61,840 nucleotides of DNA from Pelomyxa schiedti (GCA_020536535.1 JAHLWZ010000880.1:1-61840); one strand, 5' to 3'. Numbered from the stretch's first letter, positions 1 to 12,059 are shown. Numbers and translations are program-made. The notes: generated by a model from the sequence alone, not told the origin.

Positions 1-523
1 GGCTGCTGTGAGCTGTTGGGTAACTTCGCCCAGCAGCCTGTTCAAACACAACCAACGCATCACTTTTGCACTCAAACTCTTCCTTTCCCGCTCTTTACGT
101 GGTTTACAGAGCTTTTTGGAGTGGATGAAATGAAAGCAGCCAGCTGAGATTAACAAGTCAAAAAGGTATCTTTGCCAAGTTTTATATCCCTTTTTATTTA
201 CATTGAGATTTCTAGGTACCTTCGCAATATGAGTTGAGCTTTGAAGGAAGAAGATTCCTTACCGTCATCCGTATCCCACTCTCGTAACAAATCTCGCTCT
301 TACGGCACCCCGGGTGCAAGACCCAATGAAGCGGACTCCCTACCCTCGTGCGTTGGAGAAATAACACAAACAATTCAACACCCATCACGTGTGACCAGAC
401 CATACCATTTATTCCTGTTACTGGAATTGTATTGATGCGGCGCAAAACCAAACCACATTTTTAGGGAGTTAGAACAAAGAAATTCATTGTTTCATTATTT
501 GACAAAAAAAACCCTGCCTAGCC

Positions 524-3500
524 ATGCAAGTTTGCGACGAGATACACATGGAGTACGACTACATCCTTCTAGCCCACAAGCACTGGCACAGCAAGGCCAG
601 ATTGCAGGACAAGCTAAAAGCGATGCCTTTCTGCGCCGAGATTGTTAATCAAGCCGAAAACGCTGCAGCAGCACAGGCAGCAGCCGCTCAGACCGCTGCG
701 CAGCTCGTTGCGCCGGACACTGCTGACGCTGCTCCTCAGACCACGCAGCCCGCTAACTCTACGCTGCCAAGGTGCTCCAGCAGGCGAGCGCGAGCAACAC
801 GTCGGAGGCAAGCAAAGTTCACAAATCCTACGGGGGCAACGGGCTCTACACCGACGGCCACGGTGTCAAAAAAGTTTGGTGCGCGGCTCTCACCCGAGCA
901 AGTCAAGGCTCTACTTCCCCGCGTTAGCATGTGTGTTGCCGATTCCTCTTACCCACAAACTGTCTCATTTAGGGCAATCACGCTTCTAAACCCCGTCTAG
1001 GAAATCAATCATCCAAAAGTCGCAGAATTACGTCTGGTACGTCTTCAACTCGGCGGAGGCTGCCTGGGAAACGTACCGTACCTTCATTTTTACTCAACAA
1101 TATTGGCACTTGAAGTTAGAGTATCCGAAGGAATACCCGCCCAACTGGGACCCTAAGGTAGAAAAGGCAACCGGGGGTCTGTACCGCCCACAAACACTGT
1201 ACTGGATTCCTGTCAATGTGCCGATTTCAGCGCCACCATTACGAGGAGCTCAACCACCTCAAAAACGCCTGCCACCTCCGCTGTTGAGCACCAATCGACC
1301 TGGCATCGCTGCTGATCCTACTAGCATTCAGGGGGACCTGGGATACACTCCTGTTGTACTGCGTACTGACCCAAATCCCCTGGGCTCTCCTACCACCAAA
1401 GCGACTACTTGTACGACTTCTACCAGTGCTGTTACTACTACTTCTACTGTCTCTTCTACGACTGTGCTCAGTGTTGAGAATGTTTCTACCTGTGGTAATG
1501 GTGATGTTGCTCAAGAGATACCCATGGAAGATTCCCTTTCACCACTTCCACCACTCATCTCCATTTGTGCTCCGCATCCTTCAAAGGCACCACCAGCACA
1601 CTCACTGCTGCAGAAGCCGTCTGAGGTCCACACACATACGAACTTTCAATTGCCCGAGTCCATCCCATATGTGCCAGCTGCTCCAAAGCTGCTCCCCCAC
1701 AATGTGACAAAATCTACAACGAGTGCTGCGACTCTTACTACCTCGACGACTGTGTCCCAAGACACTGATCCTCGTGCAAGTGGTTCTGATGTTGCTGTGC
1801 CTGAAACTGACTGGGGCGAGTATTACGATGATTCCGACGAGAATGGTTACGCTGACAAGAACGACGAACCAACTCCTGATAATGCGGAAGTATTCTCCGA
1901 GACACCCATGGTAGTTGGCCCCACCGAATCAGATGATAAACAGGAGACTTCAATTCCACCTCCATTGTCCAACCAAACCACCCAGACTACGACAAGTGCC
2001 CAATTAATGAGCATTGATATACCCCGTGGTGTACCTATCTGGGATAGTGCTGAGATAACCCTGAAAAAAGTGCGCGGAAAGGGTGGCTTTTCAACTGTAT
2101 ACTCTGCCAGGCGTGGCAATATCAAGCTGGCCGTAAAAGAGATCCAACCAAACAATTTCAGAGCAGCCAGCGCTATAGTAAAAGAGCTCGATATCTTGCG
2201 GTATTAACCCGTTCATAAATAATCTCAAATGTCACTTTTTCCTACAGAAAATCGCAGAATGACAATATCATCCACTTAATGGGTATGGCGCCAAGCCGTT
2301 TTCCTTGATTGAAGGCACTCTTTTTAATGTTACTATTCAGGTGCCTGTCCTTCACCAGACGGTAACTCTTTCTGGATACTAACAGAGCTGGCAATGATAG
2401 ACCTACACCAACTAATCCACGACCGGAGTGCTGTACACAAACTGCGCCAGAAAGGGTTCCAATTGAGGCTCGCAGACTGGCTGTGGTTGCTTATGGAAGC
2501 TGTATGACTCCACACAACCACTATTCATAGAGGTAACTCTTTTTTTGTTAAGGCGTGTGGAATTCGACAACTCCACAACTTGGGGATAATCCATTGTGAC
2601 TTGAAACCAGGCAATATCCTGGTTACTAAGGACATCACCTCTAAGGTACACACACGTTACTTTCTATCCCAATGCATTTTAAACAATCAACAGATCGCTG
2701 ACATGGGACTCAGCAAAATACTGATAAAAGCGCTTGATATATGTGTGCCAATTGATCACTTTGAGGGGACTGGTTTGTTCCCCATCCCAGACACATTTAG
2801 ATGAAAATTCCTTTCTAGCAAACTACACTGCTCCCGAACTCTCCCTGCCCCTCTTTTCTGGACTCTACCAGGGAGCCACGCGTGCTGCCGATATGTTGAA
2901 AACGTGCAACATTTCTGTTCCTCTGATCCCAAATGTTAGATTCTCGTTTGGGATGATAATATACGAAGTCATTTCGCGGTGCATTCCATTCAATGAGCTC
3001 AATACTGACCAGATACATGCGGAAATAGCTCACGGCAACCGGCCCGACCTCCAATGTCTAAGGAAAAAAACGAAACAGCCGCTACCCCGCTTGGTTTGCC
3101 TCCTTACCAACCAAACACCATTTTCTGATGTTGCTTCCAGCTTGATTTGATAGAACGTTGTTGGAACCAAGACCCTGGCGAGGTTTGGGCACCCAAATTG
3201 TAGTATATAACAATTCTAAACTTCACCAATCGCCAGCGCCCATCCATTGACTACATCATTGACCAGTTAGGCGAAGCCAGGTTCGAATACATGGTGCCAT
3301 CCCCGGAGGCAAGGCATTTCTGGGATTGTGACGTGTCAGGCCCTCCCCTTCTGAACAACAAAATGGTCTCCGTCTCATGGGAACAATTTGTCGCCGTATT
3401 GCGTCATAGAATTCCCGACGAGGAGACAATATATGAGCTCAAGTGTGACATGGGTTCGTTTGTTCCACTCTCCCACAAACAAGGTCTCGGAATCTAACTC

Positions 3501-3596
3501 TGGCCAGAGCACAGTGGACGTGTTTCCCTTCGAAGTTTTGGTGACCACTGGGATTCATTGGCCAACGATTTGGCACATTACACCCAGAACTCCTAA
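524..3596 (+). CDS. TKL-group protein kinase with long Pro/Thr-rich N-terminus and an Shk-like post-kinase segment (multi-exon; 5' exon structure uncertain)
   Basis: Spliced motifs GKGGFSTVY, AVKEI, HCDLKPGN, IADMGLSK, GTANYTAPE, ADIFSFG and CWNQDPGERP. The last exon reads EHSGRVSLRSFGDHW...QNS and ends at TAA 3594-3596. Confidence 0.85.
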
Positions 3597-3812
3597 TGCA
3601 AAAATCTGTACCATTGTGTTGGTAAAATATCATGAACATTGAGCTTCCTTTCTCTTGGAAAACTCTTACTTCCGTAGTCCTGCTGTTGTAAAAACAGAAT
3701 AACCTTTGTTTTTACATTCAAGACACCAAGAAACCGAAAGTGTGTTTCTGGGGGGAATTTTCTTTTTTTACTGATTGCTTTTGGTGCCAGACAAAGGTGG
3801 GTTTTTGTTGGT

Positions 3813-6098
3813 CTATGTCTTTGTTCTGGTGTACTTCCACTTGATGGAAATGAGTGACAGTCCAAAAACCGTCGCTGTCCCAGCGAGGCTCCAATTTAGT
3901 ATTTGGGGAGAAAGACTCCCATTAACAGCCAGGAACACAAGGCACCTTGATCAAAAGTTAATTATTCCTGGCTGGGGTACTAATGTGCGAGTTGCAGATA
4001 CATACCCCACGTTGATGATCGTGTTTATCACACTGCAGCTTGTTGAGGGTGCAATCGGGTAGGTAATATCCACGGAGAGTTCGTACAACACCGGCATCAT
4101 GGATGATAAGAATCCTGTCAGAATAACAATTATTGCATATGCCGGTGCTATGTTCTTGGTTGGAATTATGCCGTTCACAATGAGGCAAAACATTAATGAG
4201 CTCAATGAGAGGCCTGTTGGGAAATTAAGATGTTGAATTGATTTGTTTGGGCTTTGGTGCAATGTAATGTCGAAATACCTGCGAAGAGGGTAAGGGCAAC
4301 AGGTTTCATTGTTCTCCCTGTCCAATCGGCGATTCGCCCAGATAATAACCCAACGAAAATTCCAAAGAAAGTTGAAATGAAACCCATCCAGCCAACCTTT
4401 AATAGTGTCAAGGGAGGGCAATAAAATACCTAATATTCAAACATATACCTGTGACTGGGTGAACCCCAGTGGCTCCAGAACAAGTAATAAAATTGCTTGC
4501 CATCCACTAAACATCCCAACGGTGCACCCACATGCCAGAGCCACCACAACAAATGCCGGCTGCAGCATTATTGTTTTTAAATCGCGCCAAAATTGAAGAG
4601 CAGATGCTGATTTGCTGCTTTTTGTTGTAGCCTCGGTTGTGGTTACAATCGGGGCAGTTGTAGGGTCATCTACGATGGGGCTTGCTGAGGTTATGACTGC
4701 AGCAGGTGTTTCTGGCACAACAGCGACTTGTATTACACCAGTTTCAGCCAGCTCAACATCGGGTGTGCCAGATGCTGTCTCGTGTGAAGGGGCTGGAGAT
4801 ATGTGTGTCCAACTGTATCGGTTGCAGGTGCTGCGAAGAGTGTCATCATGTGGATAGGCCGGAAAATAGAATATCGAAAATGCAAAGAGAAATACAGCAA
4901 TAGCTGCTTCACCCCAGAGGAGTAATTTCACATGCTCCGGTTTGGTGACAAACAAGCCAGTGGTAAAACAGACAACAATTCCAAAGTTGCCAGCCAGCGC
5001 GCCTATAGATGAAAATCTTCAGGAGAAATTGCCGCTGACTTAGACACACCTATGGCTGTGGTTGAAGTTCTCACTTTTAGGGGGAACCAAATTGATGAAA
5101 GAAGTGGTGGAGCACTCATGCAAAATGGGCCCTATAATTTAGAGGCAAAAAGTAAATGGAGAGGACATGGAATAATAAAAGAGGGGGGAGGGAAACTTGC
5201 TGCAAGTGCATTGAATATTTGTCCTATATGAGCAAAGTACGCACCAGCAGGGGGGGTCTGGCTGACGCACCTCAGAAGTGCCCCACCTTAGCCAGATTAA
5301 AAAAAAAAAGAAATGTGGTAAGTCAAGAAGTACCAGCAACAAGTGCCGCATTTAAAACCATTGACAGTTTCATTCCAGTCTTATCCATAAGCCAAGAAGA
5401 CAAAACCGTTGCTGGTAGATACATAATTGGTCCCCATGCTGCTAGTAGACTTATGGCTTTGTTTATGTCAAATGATAGGAAAATGCCAAGTCACACATAC
5501 ACAAGGAGTCTTCATACAACTCCTGAGCTGGCGGGGCTAAAAGAAGAAAGTGATTGGCTTAAAGAACCAAGTAATTATTACAGGGTGTTAGTGGCGCCGT
5601 TGATGGGTTTTTCATTTCCTAACTGGGAACACTTTCCACGAACCAATTGGGCCATAGGTCATCCAAATGTTACTGTATGGCCAAGTAGAGTAGGGAGAAA
5701 ATAGAAATTGTTAAAATCCAGTTAGAATTATTGATTTTATTATCCCAGCAGCCACTCCCTCTCCCATAATTGCCACGGGCAGTTCCCAATTACATTACAC
5801 AGCCAATCAAGCAAGCCACCAACCTTTGCATGAACGCCACCGAGAAAAACAGACCCAGAACCCATAATCTCGCTTTGGACTTCGGCGGGTCCCTCTCCCC
5901 CTCCGCCTCCACCGCCACCGCCACCGCCACTGCAGCGCCACCGACGTCGACTGCAACTGTGGCAGGCACAACAACAACCGTTGAAGGAGGAGACGGCTGC
6001 GGGTCCCTGCTGCCTGTGTCGTTCTCGACTCCTGACGTTGTCGTCGTCGTTGTTGTGGCAGTGGATGCTGTTGGCGAAGACAGGAGTTGGATGTCCAT
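3813..6098 (-). CDS. MFS transporter, FLVCR/SLC49-like (multi-exon)
   Basis: Multiple hydrophobic helices. Motifs RLWVLGLFFSVAFMQ, FYFPAYP, GRIAD and PVLYELSVDITYPI. Paralogue at 49296-51387. Confidence 0.8.
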
Positions 6099-6279
6099 GG
6101 ACTGCGGAGCGATGAACCAGACCTGGGGCAATCAAGCTTCGCCGACGATAAAGGAAAGTTCAAAACTTTCCTGCAATTTCTGGGACATCAGAGGCACCAA
6201 GTACACAGATCCATCACGGGAGCGGTAGAAGGCCAACCTACAGGAGAGTACGCCCGGCACATTATGGCAAAAAGTAATG

Positions 6280-6351
6280 TGGCCCCGCTCAGAATCGAAC
6301 TGAGATCAAGAGAGCCAAAATCTCCCATACTAACCATTATACTACGGAGCC
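6280..6351 (-). tRNA. tRNA-Gln(TTG)
   Basis: Reverse complement folds as a cloverleaf: acceptor GGCTCCG/CGGGGCC, anticodon arm GGAGA-TTTTGGC-TCTCT, T-arm CTCAG-TTCGATT-CTGAG. A T5 Pol III terminator lies just downstream. Confidence 0.93.
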
Positions 6352-6451
6352 CTGTTAGACTTGCACCCGACGCTCAACTTTTTCCGCCAGGGTTTTTCCC
6401 CCGGTCTCCCGCTTGAAACAGCGCGTTTTCCAGGGGGAAAAATAATCAATT

Positions 6452-6541
6452 GCTCTGGTAGCTCAGTTGGTTAGAGCGCGGTACTTATAAGAACAGTATT
6501 GAGTCATGCTGAGGTCGTGGGTTCGATCCCCACCCGGAGCA
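6452..6541 (+). tRNA. tRNA-Ile(TAT) with a 16-nt intron at the canonical 37/38 position (6490-6505)
   Basis: Acceptor GCTCTGG/CCGGAGC, D-arm GCTC/GAGC, anticodon arm CGGTA-CT-TAT-A[intron]A-TGCTG, T-arm GTGGG-TTCGATC-CCCAC. Followed by TTTTT. Confidence 0.92.
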
Positions 6542-7955
6542 AATTTTTCTTTCTCCATTCGCACGTGAAGACGGCTGGAAGGGAAATATTGGGGGTCAAC
6601 TCTACCCAAAAAACACAAGAAAATTCTGGATCTGGTCCAGATGGTGTCAAAATCGTGTCGAACCAGGGAGAGAAGGTAGTACAGAGCTGTGAGCAGTGTT
6701 TCCCTTGGTTCCCAGTGAAAAAGGAGGCACTGGGACTGAGGAAACCCAAAAAGTGGTGGTAACTGGATGGGTTCCAGAAAAAAAAAGTACAATTTTCTGG
6801 CACCCAGACCAGATTGTATCATTCTCCTAAATTGATTACAAAAAACCTGTTTGATTGAGGGTAAACTGTTGTGGTATGTGGTAGTGCATAAGAAGTTGTG
6901 GCATGATGGTTTTGAGGTCTAATACACATCCACAGTCACCATTGTCCCAAAATATGACATTGGCTTCAGATTGTTAGCTTCTGTGGCTTGAGAATAAGTC
7001 CCACAGAGGAAGAAAACGAGTTAAGAGAATAAAGAGTGTTCTCTTGTTTGTTTGGTTGTTGTAAGGGGGTAAAAAGGGAGTGTGTAAAATTTCACAGAGC
7101 GGTTGTGTGATTGGGTTAAAAGGCTGCGATGTTCAAATGGATTCTCGGACAAGTGTGCATGTAATCAAAACCGCCTGCCACATTGTTGTTGCTGAATTTG
7201 CAGCCCAGCTGTGCTGTGCACTGATCATTACCTTCACTGTCTCATTCTGGTAATAGTCCAGATTCAGCTCAGTCCTCAGTCTCTCCAATCCTCCTGCTAA
7301 AGTGTGCCAGGACTTCAGAGCCTCATGAGCAAGGCCAAGTTTGTGTACTTTGTGGAACAACTTTGTGGAACAACATTTCGACACCTTCAACACCCCAAAT
7401 CCTCCACCAAGGCTTTCTTCTGAAAGCAGCTGAAAAAAAGCTTAAGAGATGATGACATACAACTCCTACCAACATGTGCTGTTCAAGAAGGACCTCAAAC
7501 TCCACCTTCTGTGACAACCACAACAACTTCAGTGCTAAAACCACCAAAAAAGGGTAGGTACCACAGTTTTTTTTTTTGTTTTAACTGTTTACAGCATATC
7601 TGGGGATTTCTTATTTCTCTTCTGAATTGCTGGTGACATTACAAGCTGCACTGCATCTCACTGACACAGACCTACAGCTTGCAGGAAAGTCATCTGCAAA
7701 TGCACAAAGGAAAGCCATCTCTGACTGGGCTGCAAAAACTGGAAACATGGAAACAACAAAAACAGCTGTGGCTTCTATCAAAGAAAAGCAAGCTGTTCCT
7801 CAGCAACAGCCACTCAAACGCAGACCTTCAGCTTCACAAGTGGCACCCATTCCCAAGGAGACTGCCACAGCACCTCAGCCAAAACGACCCCGAAAGCGTT
7901 AAAACCTTAATTTCCCCCATAATATCCGAATTTCGTTTCTCTCGGATTTTTGCGA

Positions 7956-10795
7956 ATGAGGAGACACCACCACGGCACGGCGAACACAGCCACCACGGCT
8001 ACCACGGCGACGGGGTGCAGCGCGGAAGAGGAGGGCACGACGGCGGCGGCGACTGTGGAGGGGACAGGGGGGAGCTTCGACATCGAGGCGCTGGCGCGCG
8101 ACCCCCTGACCTACTGCGACACTCTGCCCAGCGACGCCCTCAAGTCGCTGCAGCGGACGCTCAACAAGAGGTACGACCAAGGCCGCCCTCTGGTCGACGA
8201 CGCCACCTACGACTTGGTTGCTCTGGCCAGAACAAACAGAGTGAGTTTGTGTGTGTGTGTGTGTGTGTGCGTGCGTGTCATCTTCTCTCATTGAAAATGC
8301 GAAAGTGTGGGAGTCGTGTGCCCCCCCCGTTGTTGGAAATGTTCTGGCCAGCCCGTTTGGCGATTGGCATTTGATTCCGTTCCACTTGTTTTTAATACTG
8401 TGCTCAGATGATCAGTTCAAGTACGTTTGACTATGGAGCACTGAAAACGAATCCACAGAATTACTGCAACACTTTGAACCTTGGGTTGCTCTCTGACCTG
8501 AGGAAGGTGTTGGATCATGCGTGGTCGGCCAAACATGCTATTGTTGATAACAGAACGTATGACGTTGTTGTTCTCACTATGGCAAGGATAGTGAGTCTCA
8601 CCTGTTTACTCGTTTTCTTCTCTAAGAATTAATTTTCCTGATAGATTTCAGCAGACCCTCTGGCTGCTGCCAACCAACTTTCTCTTTCCCAAGCACAGGA
8701 TACACAGCGCTTCCTAATATCAAGGTTTTTAAGTCACTTATTCAGCAAGTTAATAAAGCTTGATAGGTATAAATCTGGAATTCGCCTGGTCTCTGATCCG
8801 ATTTATGATGCTTTCCTTAAACAGGTACTGAAAAAAATACGGGTTTCTGTGGTTCTAACCCTCCCTCATTAGCTCAAGGAAAAATTCAACCCAAAGGTGA
8901 GAAAAAAGTTTGTGTACAACGATATAACTTTGTATTCAATGCTAGAGACCCATCAACAATTCACACTGGGTTCACAAAACCCCAAGCTCTGATTTGTGGA
9001 CTCCTGTTGGGGATGCAAAATTTGACTTGGTAATCAAAAATCACCTTAATACTGTGATGTAATTTATCACAGCTGCTCGACAATGCATATGCCAACAAAA
9101 CCGGGAAGGTTTCTCTTGATGGTTTTTCTGTTGATTTCAGTGCAATGACATATCAATCTGGTATACTTGGTCGAACACATCAACTAAAGTATCTTTTTTA
9201 CCCCAAACATTCGATAACCCATTACTGCTCAAAGACGTACAGGAGCACTTCCATTCAGATTGTACCTTGCACTGCCTCTTTGCACATTCCAATCTGGAAA
9301 AGATCCTATTAAATACAAATCAGTAAAATCCACCAAGCCAGTTTTTCAAGAAAGGTAAATTCAACCGAATTATTTCTCTTAACGATGCTTAGTACCTCTG
9401 TGCTCATGATGTTACCAGAGAGTGTTATCGTGGATCTCCTCGTTTCTCTTTTTGTTCCTTCTGGATTCTGTGAGTGCCACGATGTAACAAAGCCTCGTCC
9501 TCGGTACCTCTAACAGGCGGCAGGACAATATATTCCAAGTTGTCTATACATTATGTTCTCTTGAACTTGTATCCAAGCGCTTCCATGCTCCTATTGTGAA
9601 TGGCTGCAGTATCGCAGAGTACAATTCAAAACCTTTACTCCATTTCGTGACTTGGGTATAGAGAAGCAGCAAAACTAATCATGCTAAAAATGAGACTCCC
9701 CCTTCCGCCATCTAATTTCAAACACGCACTGTGGCGCGTTGCACAATGTAGGCATCTTATTTTCCACCTATCTTTTTGCAATGTATACTAACTCTAATAA
9801 AAGCCAAAGAGTCTCAATTGAAGGATCGACTGTACATGGAGCTTAAATCCGACTATGATGACACTGTGACAGGGAAAATTATCAAATACTTTGGGATTTT
9901 TGACCCTTTATTAGTGGTTTGTCATTCCAGGAATCAAACTGTCTTTTTTGACTAACCTGTGACTTGGTTACAGCCAATGGATCCTGCTTGCTTTTTGGGG
10001 GATGGCCTTGTTCAAATGGCAAACGGCACCCAAAAGTATCCTCTCAATTGATCACGTTCCTTACGCAAAACCCACAGACGTGTCTGTGATATCTGTGTTG
10101 GAGATGTTGTGCACACTGAAAATGGGAATCACCGGGCCATTGTTCGCGTTGAAAAGGGACCACCCCATAGAGTGGATGGGACACTTTTGACAAAGATTGT
10201 ATGGGTATGTGGTCTGGGACTCACTCCCAGCCACCCAGTGCTCTTGCACACCGATGCTAGAAAAGGTACTAGAGATAGCAGCCTTTGTGCAGCCGATGGT
10301 TTGGTAGGTCTACCCACTTCTCTTTCCGGAAATTCCGGCTCCTTTTGCGGCAACCAACCTAAAAATGACAGGAACATCCCGAGTCTTGTGAGTGGGTTCA
10401 TCCATGGGTATGCGTTTTGTGAAACTTCAGTTTTGGCTCATTTCATAATCACTCCCACATGTAGGAAGTATCCAAAGTGATGGTTGTAGATGGCATTGAC
10501 GTGATGTACAATTTCGAGCTTGAAGGTTTGTCAGCCATCCATCTTATTCCCATGAGCTAATCCCATTTGCCTCTCCCGTGCAGGAGGCCAACAAGTTAAG
10601 TCACTTTTCAAATAACCAAAATCTAAAAACTAAGCAAAACCCCACATATAGGCACAGGACCACAGTGTGATCATCAATGGGCTTGTAGTAGCCACCCTTG
10701 GCAAGAATGTGGGTGATAGGCTCATTACCATGGCTCCTGATCTGGATGCTCTGTTTGGGACTGGGTACTGGAACCACAAGTCCCAGATATGCTGA
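7956..10795 (+). CDS. Multidomain protein: 3 DNA-ligase-Ia-like repeats + WWE + F-box-like motif + C-terminal Hint (Vint-type) domain (about 17 exons)
   Basis: Manual GT-AG splicing gives repeats RYDQGRPLVDDATYD, AWSAKHAIVDNRTYD and RYKSGIRLVSDPIYD. WWE: HWVHKTPSSDLWTPV..LLDNAY..FSVDFSAMTYQS..THQLKR. F-box-like: LMMLPESVIVDLL..LCSLELVSKRF. Hint: CFLGDGLVQMANGTQKRVCDICVGDVV..GLTPSHPV..EWVHPW..MYNFEL..HSVIINGLVVATLG. Stop TGA 10793-10795. One junction near 9470-9520 is ambiguous. Confidence 0.8.
8248..8278 (+). repeat. (TG)n microsatellite in intron 1 of the Hint-domain gene
   Basis: tgtgtgtgtgtgtgtgtgtgtgcgtgcgtgt directly after the GTGAG donor. Confidence 0.85.
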
Positions 10796-11215
10796 GCACA
10801 GAACCCCCAAAGTCAAACCCAAAACAAACAAGCCTTGTGTTTGTTAAATAGAGAACCTTATCCTCCTCATGCTGGGTGATCTTATGATAAATTTTGTTCG
10901 TGCAGGGAGATCAGATCAGTGGAAGGCACAAAAGCTGCGCTGGCTAACAGATTTCCCCTCAATCACAGGCGGCACAAAAAAAAAAACGGGGAAGCAAAGA
11001 AGACAGAACAAAAGGAAGAGAGATCCACGACGTTCCATCATTCTTGGCAAATGTATTTCACGAAACGAATTACGAATTTCTTACCCCGAATAAAAGAGTA
11101 TGCTCTAAGTGGTGCCACCCAACAAACCCGCCCCCGAAATCACGACACACAACAAGCAGAACACGAGCAACACAGATAAACAACACAAAAACCAAAGCGA
11201 ACAACTACTGCACGA

Positions 11216-12059
11216 ATGACAGCACCAATACGATACATCTGCAACCTGGTGTCGCGACAGTTTGACGATAAAACCGCCGCTGCTGCGACCGCTGGAAAAT
11301 CGGGGAAGATCTCAAAGGGCAAATCGGCCACGAACGGAAAACGTCCCACCCTGTTGAAAGCGCAGTCGCGAAAAAGGAAAACTCTTGTGCTAGACCTGGA
11401 TGAAACATTAATTCGAACCTCGTATGACGTAGGCTGCCTTCATTCTCTTTTTTTCAATTCTCTTACAATGTTATGAAACAGCCAATACCAAACCCGGACT
11501 TTGTCGTTAAGGTCGAAGGACAGAAGGCGTATGTCAAGAAACGGCCCGGCGTTGATCGCTTCTTAAATAGCCTTAAGGACAAGTACGAATTAGTTTTATT
11601 TACGGCCAGTGCGGGAGAGGTAGAAAGTTATTATGTCTTTACTTTATGTGCTAACCTTTAATTAGTACGCCGAACCAGTTTTGAACTTCCTCGACGTAAA
11701 TCGGGTTTTTTCTGCTCGTCTTTTCCGGGAAGCATGCACTTTTGTTGGCGGAGCATACGTGAAGGTTGTTTGTTTTCCCATTCAATTACCGCTTCGATTT
11801 ACACCTTCCTCAGGACCTAAGTCGGTTGGGCAGAGACCTCAGTCAAGTTATGATAATCGACAATTTGCCGATATCCTACAGCCTACAGCCCGAAAACGGA
11901 CTACCTATTGCCAGTTTCCTTGGTGATCCTACCGACAATGCACTTACGTCTCTTCTGCCATTCCTGAACAGTGCTGCAGCGAGTTCCATCCCAATGCCGA
12001 TTCTTCTACACGGCTACCTTGGTCGGAGACAAGTCTGCATTAAGAGCCGAGAATTTTGA
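11216..12059 (+). CDS. NIF/SCP (CTD small phosphatase-like) HAD phosphatase, 4 exons
   Basis: KTLVLDLDETLI (intact DxDxT), YVKKRPGVDRFL, ELVLFTAS, RLFREAC, KDLSRLGRDLSQVMIIDN. Confidence 0.92.

Noticed and set aside
1-470. 3' part of an upstream gene (GT-AG intron-like 166-215)
   Set aside because: All frames contain stops and the context is cut by the window edge, so no call can be supported.
5156-5704. 182-aa plus-strand ORF
   Set aside because: Antisense to exons and introns of the MFS gene; no recognisable features.
7956-8896. NAD-dependent DNA ligase gene
   Set aside because: Only Ia-like repeats are present. No KxDG adenylation, OB or BRCT domains follow.
9989-10795. Canonical protein-splicing intein or homing element
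   Set aside because: No terminal His-Asn followed by Cys/Ser/Thr, no endonuclease, and it is not inserted in a conserved host protein. The motifs fit a Vint-type Hint domain.
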